DNA of 64,000 nucleotides from an uncultured cyanobacterium. GTDB taxonomy: Bacteria > Cyanobacteriota > Cyanobacteriia > Cyanobacteriales > CAWCAG01. The notes below the pieces were generated by a model. The model did no database searches. It was not told where the DNA came from and saw only the letters and a list, made by a program, of their open reading frames with translations. Of the stretch, positions 19,605-28,988 are shown piece by piece. The position numbers and the translations under genes are program-made. The DNA is taken from positions 512,001 through 576,000 of the forward strand of contig CAWDOD010000003.1 in NCBI GenBank assembly GCA_963803805.1, given 5' to 3'. How positions within the stretch are numbered: the stretch's first letter is position 1; each line of letters opens with the position of its first letter.

Positions 19605-20177
19605 TTAATCGAGATCTTCAAAAAGTAATTCTTCTAGGAAAGGTTGCAATAGTTCAAACTCTTCTGGTGAAGTTAACTCTAGTTGATCGCCGCGGGTGGT
19701 TTTAGCAAAAAATAGTAAAGGTGCTAAGGGGGTATAAATTTCGTATTCTTTGCCGTGATGATAAAAAGTTGCTAAGAACTGATACTCCTCTGCTTCTGAG
19801 TTACCTTCATCTTCTTCAATTTCCAGGATCAGGATATCATCTTCAGATGTTGCAGGTAGTTCTCCAGTTGCTGTCAAAGTAAAGGCACTATGCTGAAGAG
19901 TTAAATTGTGTTCAGCCAAGACAGCTTTCGCATCTCCAAAAATCTCTTTGATTTCTGCTTCATCTTCAAGCCAGACAGCGCCAGAGTCTTGATCATTATT
20001 GTCCCAAGCAATAATTGTCACTGCTGCAGCTATGGGCATCAGCATTAGATAAGTGGAGCCTTCGATTTCAAAAGAACGCTCTACATAACAATCAAGGGAG
20101 CGTTCATCTTCGTCAATTAGGGTGACAATTTCCGTGCCAGATTGATCGTTCTCATTGGGAAATTGGGGCAGGGACAT
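19605..20177 (-). CDS. Acidic cyanobacterial DUF3727/DUF1292-type protein
   Basis: VTLIDEDERSLDCYVE, AKAVLAE, QFLATFYH, EYEIYTPL; usual position upstream of mltG. Confidence 0.75.
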   Translation of the reverse strand: MSLPQFPNENDQSGTEIVTLIDEDERSLDCYVERSFEIEGSTYLMLMPIAAAVTIIAWDNNDQDSGAVWLEDEAEIKEIFGDAKAVLAEHNLTLQHSAFTLTATGELPATSEDDILILEIEEDEGNSEAEEYQFLATFYHHGKEYEIYTPLAPLLFFAKTTRGDQLELTSPEEFELLQPFLEELLFEDLD

Positions 20178-20322
20178 ACTTTAATAAATATTTATGCTGT
20201 GAGTAGCTAACAATCTCAATGAATTTGTTAGACAGTTAAATATTTAATCCTATCATGTTGAGTCCCCTATCTTCCAACCCAACAAAATCGCAGCTCAAAA
20301 ACCTAATACTTTGGTATGACTC

Positions 20323-23300
20323 CTACCCACGGCAAAGATTATCCCGCAAGCTCTTTTCTTGTTGTTTAACTGCTGCTAATAGTTCGGCGTGTTGGATAAT
20401 TACTCCAGCTTGGGAGTTGAAAATATCCATATACTTCTCATCATTTTGATCAAAGCTAGTACAAAAATCTGCCGGTATTTCTTCGTGGACTTCTCTATAG
20501 ACTTCGCCGTAGTCTCCAGAGAGTTTCTTGTTAACTAGTTGAGTTACGCCAATCAAATCCCCATCAGGATTCCACACTGGGGTACAAAGCAAGCTACAGG
20601 TACGATAACCAGTCTTGCTATCGGTTTTTTTAGCCATCTCCGATTGGGGATGGGTGTACAAATCAAAGGGGATATTTAAAGACTCTTTGGTTTTAGCTAC
20701 CGAACCCGCATAACCAACTCCCACCTTGATTCTTAATTCTTGGAGTGAACCATCCTCAAAAGGAATTTTTGTCCACAATTCATTACTACGCCGATCCAAT
20801 AACCAAAGGGTACTGCGGTCAGAGTTAATTAATTCTTTCGCCGCTTCCATAACCCGCTTGAGTATATCCTCTGGTTCTAAGGTACTTTGGTTAACAGAAC
20901 GAGTAGCTGCCATCAAAGCTGCAGCTACCCTTTGCCCCCTAGCGGTTTTGTGGTAGGAACGGAAGCTTTCTAAAATCATTTGGATTAAGGGGACTTGGGA
21001 AGCGAAGCGTTCCTCATCTTTAGCCGTAAATCCTTCTTGGTCAATTCTTTCGGGTAAAGGGGCATTTTGATCCCTAAAGCGTTTCAGTTTGTTAAGACAT
21101 TGGACAACGGCAAATAAATCTCCTTGTTCATTTAAAAGAGGGAAATTCAACATACTGTAGGTACGATAGCCATTTCTGCGATCTTGTTCTTTGGCTGTGA
21201 GGGAACGGGTATCGTCATAAAAGTCGTAGGGAATATTCATAACTTTCTTGCTAGCAGCAACTTCCCCCACAATACCTTTGTTGATGGGAATGCGAATTTC
21301 TAAGGAGCGATCGCCTTCTGCTTGGGCCACAATTGACCAAAATTCATCTCTTTCTTCATCAAGGAGGAATATACTGGTACGATCTGCTTCAACGGATTTA
21401 CCGAGTTTTTGAGAAATAGAGCGCAAAGTAGAGTCCATCACTTCATCGAAACCCTGACTTTCCATTACTTGGGTTAACATGGCTAGGGTTTGACTAACCA
21501 CATTTTGGGGATTACCTTCTGCTTGTTCTTTCATGGCAGCGAATTGTTTGGCGTTTTGAATAGCGACCCCAACTTGAGAATTAAATATTTGCATATATTT
21601 CTGGGAGTTGGCATCGAAGCTTGCTTGAAAACATTCCGGTGCTTCTGGCCAGTCAACAGGATTATAAGCAGGAAAATTTCCTGGTTTCCTTTTATTTACG
21701 AGTTGAGTAACGCCAATTAGTTCCCCATCAGGACTCCAAACAGGCATACACAATAAGCTACAGGTGCGATAACCGGTTTTTTGGTCGGTTTCTTGGGCTG
21801 TTTCTGAATCTATGTGGTTATAGAGGTCAAAACCAATATTTAAAGGCTCTTCGGTGGCAGCAACTTTCCCGGCATAACCCTGACCTACTTGTACTTCTAA
21901 TTCTTTGACACTACCATCTTCAAAGAGAATTTTAGTCCATAGTTTGTTAGCGTCCCTATCCAGTAACCATAAAGTACTGCGGTCGGCATTCATCAATTTT
22001 TTAGCCGCATTCATAACATTGTGAATCACCTCATCGGAGTCGAGACTACTTTGGGAAACGACTCGGGTAGCAAAGGTGAGGGCTTCGGAGGCTTGTAATC
22101 TTTGGGTTAATTTATAGCAGTATTGACATCTTTCAATGATTCGTAAAAGTTCTGGTGCATATTCACTAAATTGCTTTTGGTCAGCTTCGTTAAAACCTTC
22201 GCGATCAATACGATTAATTAAGGATTCAGTGGGATGATTGTTTTCTTCTAACTTGTTAATTAAGTTAACAACTGCAACTAATTTATTATGTTTATTTAAT
22301 AAAGGGACAGCTAAAAGGGTGTAGGTGGGATAACCTGTTTGTAAATCGACATTTTCCGGTTTTTCAAAGTTACTATCTTGGGCATAACCAAAAGGCACTT
22401 TGACCATCTCTTTTAAACTTGTAACCAAATCAACAATTTCGCGATTAGCACTAACTTCTACTTCCGAGCCAAAATAGTTACTTTGATTCCGGGCAATAAT
22501 TGACCAAATTTCACTTTTTTCTTCATCAATTAAATAGATGTTAATGCGATCAACACAAAGCAAATCGCTCATTTTTAAGGTAATAGAACCTAAAATTTCG
22601 TCGAGGATATAATCAAAGCCTTTCCCTTCCATAAAGTTAAGCATGGAGAGGAGTTTTTGCTCTTGTTTGGCTACTACTTGCATAAAGTCAGCGTGCAAAT
22701 TAGCTAAAGCTTTATTAACCCAATTCCAATTGAATACAGCAGCATAAATGCGATTATAAATACTTAAAATAGGGGTGGACTCTTTCTTCCCTAACCATCT
22801 TTTAACCACCAAACCAGAAAGCCGTAATTCCATTTGTTCAGGAGTTTCTTCAGCAGGAATTTCTCCTAAATTACTTTCTTCGGTAGCAGATTGGGCAGAA
22901 AGTAAAATTTGCTGATAAAGCTGCAAAAGAGGGCCACTCCTTTGACCAATTCTTAAGATGCGATCGCGGATAGTTTTCAAATGAGGCGGATCATCAGTGG
23001 CTTCCCAGTTATCAATGATGCGTCTGCGGACGATATCTTCTACCCACCTAGCAATATCACGACCATAAATATCTCCTTCATTTTCTACTTCTTGTAAGAT
23101 TAAATAACAAATTTTTTGGGTTAAAAAAGGTTGTCCTCCGGTCCAATATAAAACCGCTTCTAAGACTTCCTGGGGTTGACTGATTTTTCCTTCTAAGCCT
23201 TTAGCTAAAGGTTTGGCTTCTGCTAACTTAAAACCATTTAATTCAATACCACGACCAATATTAAAAGGAGTACAAGTTTTATCTTGAATTAAATCTGAAG

Positions 23301-23853
23301 GAGTTGCTACCCCCAACAAAGCAAAAGTGAGGCGTTGATATTCAATACAAGCGCGGATAAAAGCAAAGAAATCATCAGTACTAAAATTTAAGCTGAGAAT
23401 ACTATCAATTTCATCAATAAAAATAACAATTTTGCCCGGTACAGATTCTAATAAAACCTGTTCAATAAACTCGCTTAAACGCTGTACCGGGGGGAGAAAT
23501 TCTCTTTCTTTTAGCCAACGTTGCAGTTTGATGCGATCAGCTAATTTAAAATTCATGACTAAGCGTCGCATCACCCCGGCATACCATTGTTCTGGGGTAA
23601 TATCCTGGGAACCAATTTTAGTTAAATCAACAGCCCCACAAGCTACACCTTCTGCTTGCAAGCGATGCATCGTTCTTACTCGCAAGCTAGTTTTACCCAT
23701 TTGTCGTGAATTAAGAACGTAACAAAATTCCCCTGCTTTCAACCCCTGATATAACTCTTTATCTGCTTGGCGCACCACATAAGTAGGAGCATCCAAATGT
23801 AGATGTCCGCCAACTTTGTAGCTATAACTTAAGGTTCGCTCTTGACTTATCAT
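20323..23853 (-). CDS. AAA_35 ATPase fused to four GAF domains
   Basis: YVVRQAD, Walker [10 protein letters not shown], Walker [25 protein letters not shown]. Four GAFs, each with an NK...F motif; two carry YRTCSLLC. Confidence 0.88.
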   Translation of the reverse strand: MISQERTLSYSYKVGGHLHLDAPTYVVRQADKELYQGLKAGEFCYVLNSRQMGKTSLRVRTMHRLQAEGVACGAVDLTKIGSQDITPEQWYAGVMRRLVMNFKLADRIKLQRWLKEREFLPPVQRLSEFIEQVLLESVPGKIVIFIDEIDSILSLNFSTDDFFAFIRACIEYQRLTFALLGVATPSDLIQDKTCTPFNIGRGIELNGFKLAEAKPLAKGLEGKISQPQEVLEAVLYWTGGQPFLTQKICYLILQEVENEGDIYGRDIARWVEDIVRRRIIDNWEATDDPPHLKTIRDRILRIGQRSGPLLQLYQQILLSAQSATEESNLGEIPAEETPEQMELRLSGLVVKRWLGKKESTPILSIYNRIYAAVFNWNWVNKALANLHADFMQVVAKQEQKLLSMLNFMEGKGFDYILDEILGSITLKMSDLLCVDRINIYLIDEEKSEIWSIIARNQSNYFGSEVEVSANREIVDLVTSLKEMVKVPFGYAQDSNFEKPENVDLQTGYPTYTLLAVPLLNKHNKLVAVVNLINKLEENNHPTESLINRIDREGFNEADQKQFSEYAPELLRIIERCQYCYKLTQRLQASEALTFATRVVSQSSLDSDEVIHNVMNAAKKLMNADRSTLWLLDRDANKLWTKILFEDGSVKELEVQVGQGYAGKVAATEEPLNIGFDLYNHIDSETAQETDQKTGYRTCSLLCMPVWSPDGELIGVTQLVNKRKPGNFPAYNPVDWPEAPECFQASFDANSQKYMQIFNSQVGVAIQNAKQFAAMKEQAEGNPQNVVSQTLAMLTQVMESQGFDEVMDSTLRSISQKLGKSVEADRTSIFLLDEERDEFWSIVAQAEGDRSLEIRIPINKGIVGEVAASKKVMNIPYDFYDDTRSLTAKEQDRRNGYRTYSMLNFPLLNEQGDLFAVVQCLNKLKRFRDQNAPLPERIDQEGFTAKDEERFASQVPLIQMILESFRSYHKTARGQRVAAALMAATRSVNQSTLEPEDILKRVMEAAKELINSDRSTLWLLDRRSNELWTKIPFEDGSLQELRIKVGVGYAGSVAKTKESLNIPFDLYTHPQSEMAKKTDSKTGYRTCSLLCTPVWNPDGDLIGVTQLVNKKLSGDYGEVYREVHEEIPADFCTSFDQNDEKYMDIFNSQAGVIIQHAELLAAVKQQEKSLRDNLCRG

Positions 23854-23885
23854 TTATGATTTATCATTAAACATTTATCAATTGA

Positions 23886-25709
23886 TTAATTTCCTAAGCG
23901 ATCTCTAAAATATTGACGATACAATTCAAAGCGAGGCGTTACCTCATTTCTTTTTAGTTTGACTAAGCCGAGACTATGTAGCTTAAATGCTAATACAGAT
24001 TCCAACTCTATAGGTTTTTCCATAGTTACTACTTGAGAAAAAGCTAATGCTAACTCTGGATGTTGTTGTAAATTCCAAAGGTGGCGACGTAAGTGATCTC
24101 CATAAACACCGGCTTCGGTAGGAGCAGTTTCTGCTAGCTTTTCTAGGGTAAGCTGATGTTTAACTAGATGATAGAGAGCGACCTGCACTAAATAGGGATG
24201 TCCCCCCACAACATTCATTAACTGTTCCACTTGCTCGGAGTGCCAACTAAGTCCGTAGCGTTGAGCAAGATCAGCCACTTGAGCGTTGGTAAATTCCCTT
24301 AATTCAATGGGTAATCCTACATTAAAGGGAGATTGATTAACATTCAAGGGTAGATATACCTCTGTTGAATGTACTACCACCAACCTCAGCTTCTCCCAGA
24401 GATCGCTGTCACCATAACCATAACCAGCTTCTTCGTACCAAGCCCTTAAAAGTCCGAAAAAGTCGTCGGCTATTTTGGGATATTGGAAAACTCGGTCAAC
24501 TTCATCTAAGCCTAATACTAAAGGTTTGTCAGCTTCTGGCAAAAGCAGATCCTCAAAAATAGCAGTGCAGTTATCTTTGCTACCGTAGGTATCTGTCCAG
24601 TAATCATCTACTTTATAAGGTAAACGCAATTTACGGCAAACTTTAGTACAAAACCAGCGCAGAAGTTGATCGAGGTTGGTAAATACTCCCTTATCTGCGT
24701 GTTGAAAACTCAAAGGTACGGTGCGATATCCTTGTTCTTTGGCTTGGTAAAGAATTCTTGCCATCAAAGAAGTTTTACCCATTTGCCTGGGTGCTTTGAG
24801 GCGTATCAAAGCCCCTGGTTTAACAATTTCCTGGTAACATTGTTCTTCTCCAGGAACCCTTTTAATATAAAAAGCAGAAGCTAGACGTACTTGCCCTTTT
24901 GGTAATTCTGGTTCAGCGACGGGTAACGGAGGAGTAGTACTAAGATGGTAAGTCGGGGTTGCTTCGTCAATTAAGGGGAGACACCACCCCCCCTGATCAG
25001 ACAAAATATTGGTAATCTCTTGAATAATGCCAGGAGTTTCTTCTGGCGATCGCCAATCTCTTTGATAGGTTCCTTGGAGGTATCTACGGAGGTCGTGGTT
25101 AAGGGGAACTGTCGGGGGGCAGTTAATTCTGATTGTGAGGATAATCGGTTTAGTTTGGAAATCCTTATCCTTGGCTTGCCTCAACTCCTCAATTAACATT
25201 TCACTTGTTGCTGCTTGAGGAGAAAGGAGAAGTAAAAAGTAATCACACTGTTCTAATTCCGAATCAATTTGTGCTAACCAATTTTCCTCCGTTAAACCGA
25301 CACTAGCCCTAAAAGCTTGGTGTCCCGATGCTTCTATGGCCGTGGCTAATTGGGTAGCTAATTCATAGTCTGGTTCTTGGTTTAAATAGCTAAGGAAGAC
25401 TCGCTTAATTTCTTGGCTGGTTTCTTCTTTAACCTCAACTCCATCCTCTTCGTGACGTTTTAAAGCCCGTTCTAAGGCCCCTCTAATCCTCTTTTTCGTA
25501 ACCTTCTCCCCTAGTGCATTAGAGAGTTTTTGCCATAATTTGTAACCGACATACTTTTCGATGTATTGGGGATTGAGAGGGTAAATCTCTTCATAGGTTC
25601 GTCCTTGGCAAGAACCGATAAAAACTTCTCTTTCCAGGTCATTAAGGTGTTTACCAACTTTTTGATAAACTAAGCGATCTACTAATTCTAAAGCTTTCTC
25701 AAAGTCCAT
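23886..25709 (-). CDS. HTH - TIR - AAA_35 protein
   Basis: N-terminal HTH (GKHLNDLERE...TYEEI...LWQKLSNALGEKVTKK). TIR (VFLSY, CDYFLLLLSPQAATSEMLIEEL). Walker A APRQMGKTS, Walker B LGLDEVD, SPFNVG, GGHPYL. Confidence 0.85.
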   Translation of the reverse strand: MDFEKALELVDRLVYQKVGKHLNDLEREVFIGSCQGRTYEEIYPLNPQYIEKYVGYKLWQKLSNALGEKVTKKRIRGALERALKRHEEDGVEVKEETSQEIKRVFLSYLNQEPDYELATQLATAIEASGHQAFRASVGLTEENWLAQIDSELEQCDYFLLLLSPQAATSEMLIEELRQAKDKDFQTKPIILTIRINCPPTVPLNHDLRRYLQGTYQRDWRSPEETPGIIQEITNILSDQGGWCLPLIDEATPTYHLSTTPPLPVAEPELPKGQVRLASAFYIKRVPGEEQCYQEIVKPGALIRLKAPRQMGKTSLMARILYQAKEQGYRTVPLSFQHADKGVFTNLDQLLRWFCTKVCRKLRLPYKVDDYWTDTYGSKDNCTAIFEDLLLPEADKPLVLGLDEVDRVFQYPKIADDFFGLLRAWYEEAGYGYGDSDLWEKLRLVVVHSTEVYLPLNVNQSPFNVGLPIELREFTNAQVADLAQRYGLSWHSEQVEQLMNVVGGHPYLVQVALYHLVKHQLTLEKLAETAPTEAGVYGDHLRRHLWNLQQHPELALAFSQVVTMEKPIELESVLAFKLHSLGLVKLKRNEVTPRFELYRQYFRDRLGN

Positions 25710-25887
25710 ATATATACTGATAAGACTATGATTAATTTTAATCTGAAACTCAAGATGTAGTAAGGGGTGATGGGGAAGTTAAAAGTGATTTTTTTGGGGT
25801 TTTTACTTAATGATTTTGAACCTAATTACCAACTAAATTAAGTGTTTATTCTTGAATTAAGATTTTAGTTATGAGATCCTTTAAAAT

Positions 25888-25903
25888 ACTGATTCAGATC
25901 ACA
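25888..25903. promoter_or_regulatory. CRP/SyCRP1-like box
   Basis: ACTGA-TTCAGA-TCACA matches 12/16 of TGTGATCTAGATCACA. Confidence 0.4.
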
Positions 25904-26235
25904 GCCAAGGTAAAGCTCATTAGTCTATTTTTTATATAAAGACGTGGGAATATAAGTGCTTTCCTTAAGTTATTTTTTGTTAAGTCATAGCTAGTATGGG
26001 GTTTTATGAGGTCTGAAATAAAGATGTTTTTCGCGATAGATTTATAGCATCAGCAAGAACTAAGAAACTTATGGTATTTTCTGGTTCTCATAGCTCAAAT
26101 ATTTAGTTAAAACTATATAAAGTAAGCAATATTCAATCGTTGTTTAATTAATTAATAGAAAAACTGAAATAGTTAAATTTATTCAGTTATTTCACTTGGA
26201 TTGAAGCAAAAGTAAAGTCCACTAGGTAAACAGAA

Positions 26236-27228
26236 ATGTTTAACTTAACTCAAGAAAGAATCGATAGCTGCGTGCGGCGTTTGCAAGGGGGTTACTTCCG
26301 GATATACGGTAGCTCCAGGGCTGAATATGCTGAGTTGATTGCTAGTGTAGCTAGGGTTGCTTTAGAAAATATTGCCCGTAGCGATGCTGCTTATCACGAT
26401 GTAGATCATACTATTCTTGTTACCTTAGCCGGACAAGAAATATTGCGAGGAAAACATATCCGCGAAGGCAATGTTTCTTGCGATAATTGGTTTCATTCTA
26501 TTATTTCTTTGTTGTGTCATGATATTGGTTATATCAAAGGAATTTGTCGCCAAGATCGCCCTCAAGAAAAGTTGTTCGTTACAGGTAAAGATAGGGAAGT
26601 AATCGCCTTAAAACCAGGAGCCACTGATGCGGCTTTGACTGATTACCATGTAGACAGGGGCAAACTATTTGTTGAAGAGAACTTTTCTGGTTATAAACTA
26701 ATTGATATAGGAGTTATCAATGACAACATTGAAATGACTCGTTTCCCTATTCCCAAAGAGGGAAAGTATCAACAAACTAGTACCTATGCAGCCTTGGCTA
26801 GGGCCGCTGATTTAATTGGTCAATTGGCAGATCCCCACTACTTGCAAAAAATGCCCGCTTTGTTTTATGAGTTCTGGGAAAACGGTACTAGCGAAAAACT
26901 AGGTTATAGCCATCCAGGGGATTTGCGTTCTGCTTATCCTAACTTCTTTAAAACCGTTGTTAGTCCTTATATTCAAGAGGGTTTGCACCACTTAGAAGTT
27001 ACCAGACAAGGGCGAGAAATTATTGCCAGCTTGTATGAAAATGTTTGGGTTGTGGAAAATGAGTTAAAGGATAAAGATGGTAGTAGTTCCGAGGATCATC
27101 CTCAAACTCTAGTTTCTATCCCTCCTTTACCTGATGTAGGTACTCTTGCTGCCAAAGCTAACCTTTTCTCCAGTGAGGGTGGGCTAAGAAACTGGTTGCC
27201 TAAGTCCTTGCGTATTAGTCATGCCTAA
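26236..27228 (+). CDS. HD-domain metal-dependent phosphohydrolase (Npun_R2479-like)
   Basis: YHDVDHT, CHDIGY, YHVDRG, RAADLIGQLADP. Confidence 0.85.
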   Translation: MFNLTQERIDSCVRRLQGGYFRIYGSSRAEYAELIASVARVALENIARSDAAYHDVDHTILVTLAGQEILRGKHIREGNVSCDNWFHSIISLLCHDIGYIKGICRQDRPQEKLFVTGKDREVIALKPGATDAALTDYHVDRGKLFVEENFSGYKLIDIGVINDNIEMTRFPIPKEGKYQQTSTYAALARAADLIGQLADPHYLQKMPALFYEFWENGTSEKLGYSHPGDLRSAYPNFFKTVVSPYIQEGLHHLEVTRQGREIIASLYENVWVVENELKDKDGSSSEDHPQTLVSIPPLPDVGTLAAKANLFSSEGGLRNWLPKSLRISHA

Positions 27229-27243
27229 TGGTAAATAACCATT

Positions 27244-27888
27244 ATGAAGACTACTTGTGATTTCAACCCCGATAAATATGGTTTTGCCCTCCATAGTACT
27301 AGTCCTCAATTAGGATTAGCCATAAGTAACTTTACAAATCCCTTCCTCTGTCAAACTTTTGAATTAGGGAGGGATTTGTCATCACAGCTACACCTGCAAA
27401 TACTAGAGTTTCTCCAGCCCTATTGTTGGGAAGATTTAGCTTTCATCAGTGTGGCGAAAGGCCCTGGTAGCTTCACTAGTACTCGCATTGGTATGGTGAC
27501 AGCCCGTACCCTTGCCCAGCAGTTAAATATTCCCCTCTTTGTCTTTTCTAGCCTTGCTGCGATCGCTTGGTTAGAAGGAGATAAACACCTGCAAGAAACC
27601 ATTGCTGTAGAAATGCCAGCCCGACGCAATGAGTTATTTGTGGGAGTTTATCAAGTTTCCCAGGCTGGTTTAGTGGAGATTCTACCTGATACAAGCACAG
27701 AAGCAGCATCATGGCAAGATACTCTTAACAGTTTAGATAGTTATAAATTAATTCAAACTCCAGTTAATCTTGGTTATACAGTTACTAGCCTCCTAGAGTT
27801 AGCCCTATTGAGTTGGCAACAAGGAAACAAACCCCATTGGTCTAAGGCTTTACCATTTTACGGTCAACATCCTGTAAGCAATTGCTAA
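27244..27888 (+). CDS. tsaB: tRNA t6A biosynthesis protein TsaB
   Basis: VAKGPGSFTSTRIG, ARTLAQQL, PARRNE, ALPFYGQHPV. Confidence 0.92.
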   Translation: MKTTCDFNPDKYGFALHSTSPQLGLAISNFTNPFLCQTFELGRDLSSQLHLQILEFLQPYCWEDLAFISVAKGPGSFTSTRIGMVTARTLAQQLNIPLFVFSSLAAIAWLEGDKHLQETIAVEMPARRNELFVGVYQVSQAGLVEILPDTSTEAASWQDTLNSLDSYKLIQTPVNLGYTVTSLLELALLSWQQGNKPHWSKALPFYGQHPVSNC

Positions 27889-27908
27889 ACTGTAGAGTAA
27901 TTCTCTAA

Positions 27909-28475
27909 GTGAAACTCTTTAGTTTTCTTGCTTTTAAGTTGTATCTTTCCTTGCTATCAATACTCAGAAAATTGTGGCATACAGTGGCACAATTCCAGTT
28001 TGTTTCTTCTCAACCTCCCCCAGGTAAGTCTGGGCTGTTGAGGTATTATCGTTATTGGTTGAAGCGTTTTTCTCGCTTAAAAGATAGTCCCAGGAGAATT
28101 GCACGGGGTTTGGCAGCAGGAGTGTTTACAGGTTGCTTTCCCCTGTTAGGTTTGCAAACTATTTTAGGTATTTTGGTAGCTTGGTTAATTAGAGGCAATA
28201 AAATTGCTGCGGCTGCGGGAACTTGGATTAGCAACCCCTTAACCTATTTACCAATTTTTACCTTCAATTTTGGTATTGGTAGAATTGTGACAAGAGGAGA
28301 AGATTTAGCTTTAAGTGATGTTCATTGGGAAAATTGGTCAGAGTTATTAGATTTGGGGACAACTTTTGTTGCTACTTTGATGATTGGCTCTTTTTTAGTA
28401 GGTTTGGTTACGGCAGTTTGTGCTTATTTTTTAAGTTTATGGTTATTGGTGAAGTTGCGAAAGTCTGGAGATTGA
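27909..28475 (+). CDS. DUF2062 membrane protein (start uncertain)
   Basis: DSPRRIARGLAAGVF, GTWISNPLT. Confidence 0.85.
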   Translation: MKLFSFLAFKLYLSLLSILRKLWHTVAQFQFVSSQPPPGKSGLLRYYRYWLKRFSRLKDSPRRIARGLAAGVFTGCFPLLGLQTILGILVAWLIRGNKIAAAAGTWISNPLTYLPIFTFNFGIGRIVTRGEDLALSDVHWENWSELLDLGTTFVATLMIGSFLVGLVTAVCAYFLSLWLLVKLRKSGD

Positions 28476-28523
28476 AAATTATTTATCATTGATCATTAAA
28501 CTACGAAGTCCCTAAAATTCTGA

Positions 28524-28547
28524 ACTTATTACTTATTACTTATTACT
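28524..28547 (-). repeat. (TAAGTAA)n heptamer tandem repeat overlapping the dndE stop
   Basis: acttatt x3 + act. Confidence 0.75.
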
Positions 28548-28937
28548 TTCTCCTGCCTGACAACTTAGCTGTATTAAATCTTCAATCCTCTTTAATTTAG
28601 GATCTCCTGCTAAATAACTAATGCCACGATGTAAATGTAAGCGAAATTGATAAGCAAGGGTTTCCTTATCTGTACCTAAACCATCTTGATGGCAACGCTG
28701 TTTTAAGGCCAAAATAAAAACATCGGACATTTTGCCAGAAAAGACTTGCCAGGTTAATTCTATATTACTATCAGCAGGAATTGGTACAGGAGAAGGAATC
28801 GAGGGTTCAGCAAGAGAACGACAAAAACCCCAGCGACAGAGTACATTCCAATGTTCAATTTTGGTGAGACGTTTGAGTTTAATTAGCTGATCTCTAGCTG
28901 TGTTGGAGAGTTTGATGTTGTTGACAGGAGGCTGCAT
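28536..28937 (-). CDS. dndE: DNA phosphorothioation protein DndE
   Basis: IKLSNTARDQLIKLKRLT, WNVLCRWGFCRSL, FRLHLHRGI. Confidence 0.93.
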   Translation of the reverse strand: MQPPVNNIKLSNTARDQLIKLKRLTKIEHWNVLCRWGFCRSLAEPSIPSPVPIPADSNIELTWQVFSGKMSDVFILALKQRCHQDGLGTDKETLAYQFRLHLHRGISYLAGDPKLKRIEDLIQLSCQAGESNK

Positions 28938-28988
28938 TTTAATTGATAATTGTACGGCTTTGCCGTTGTCGTAAACTAAATTGAATTA

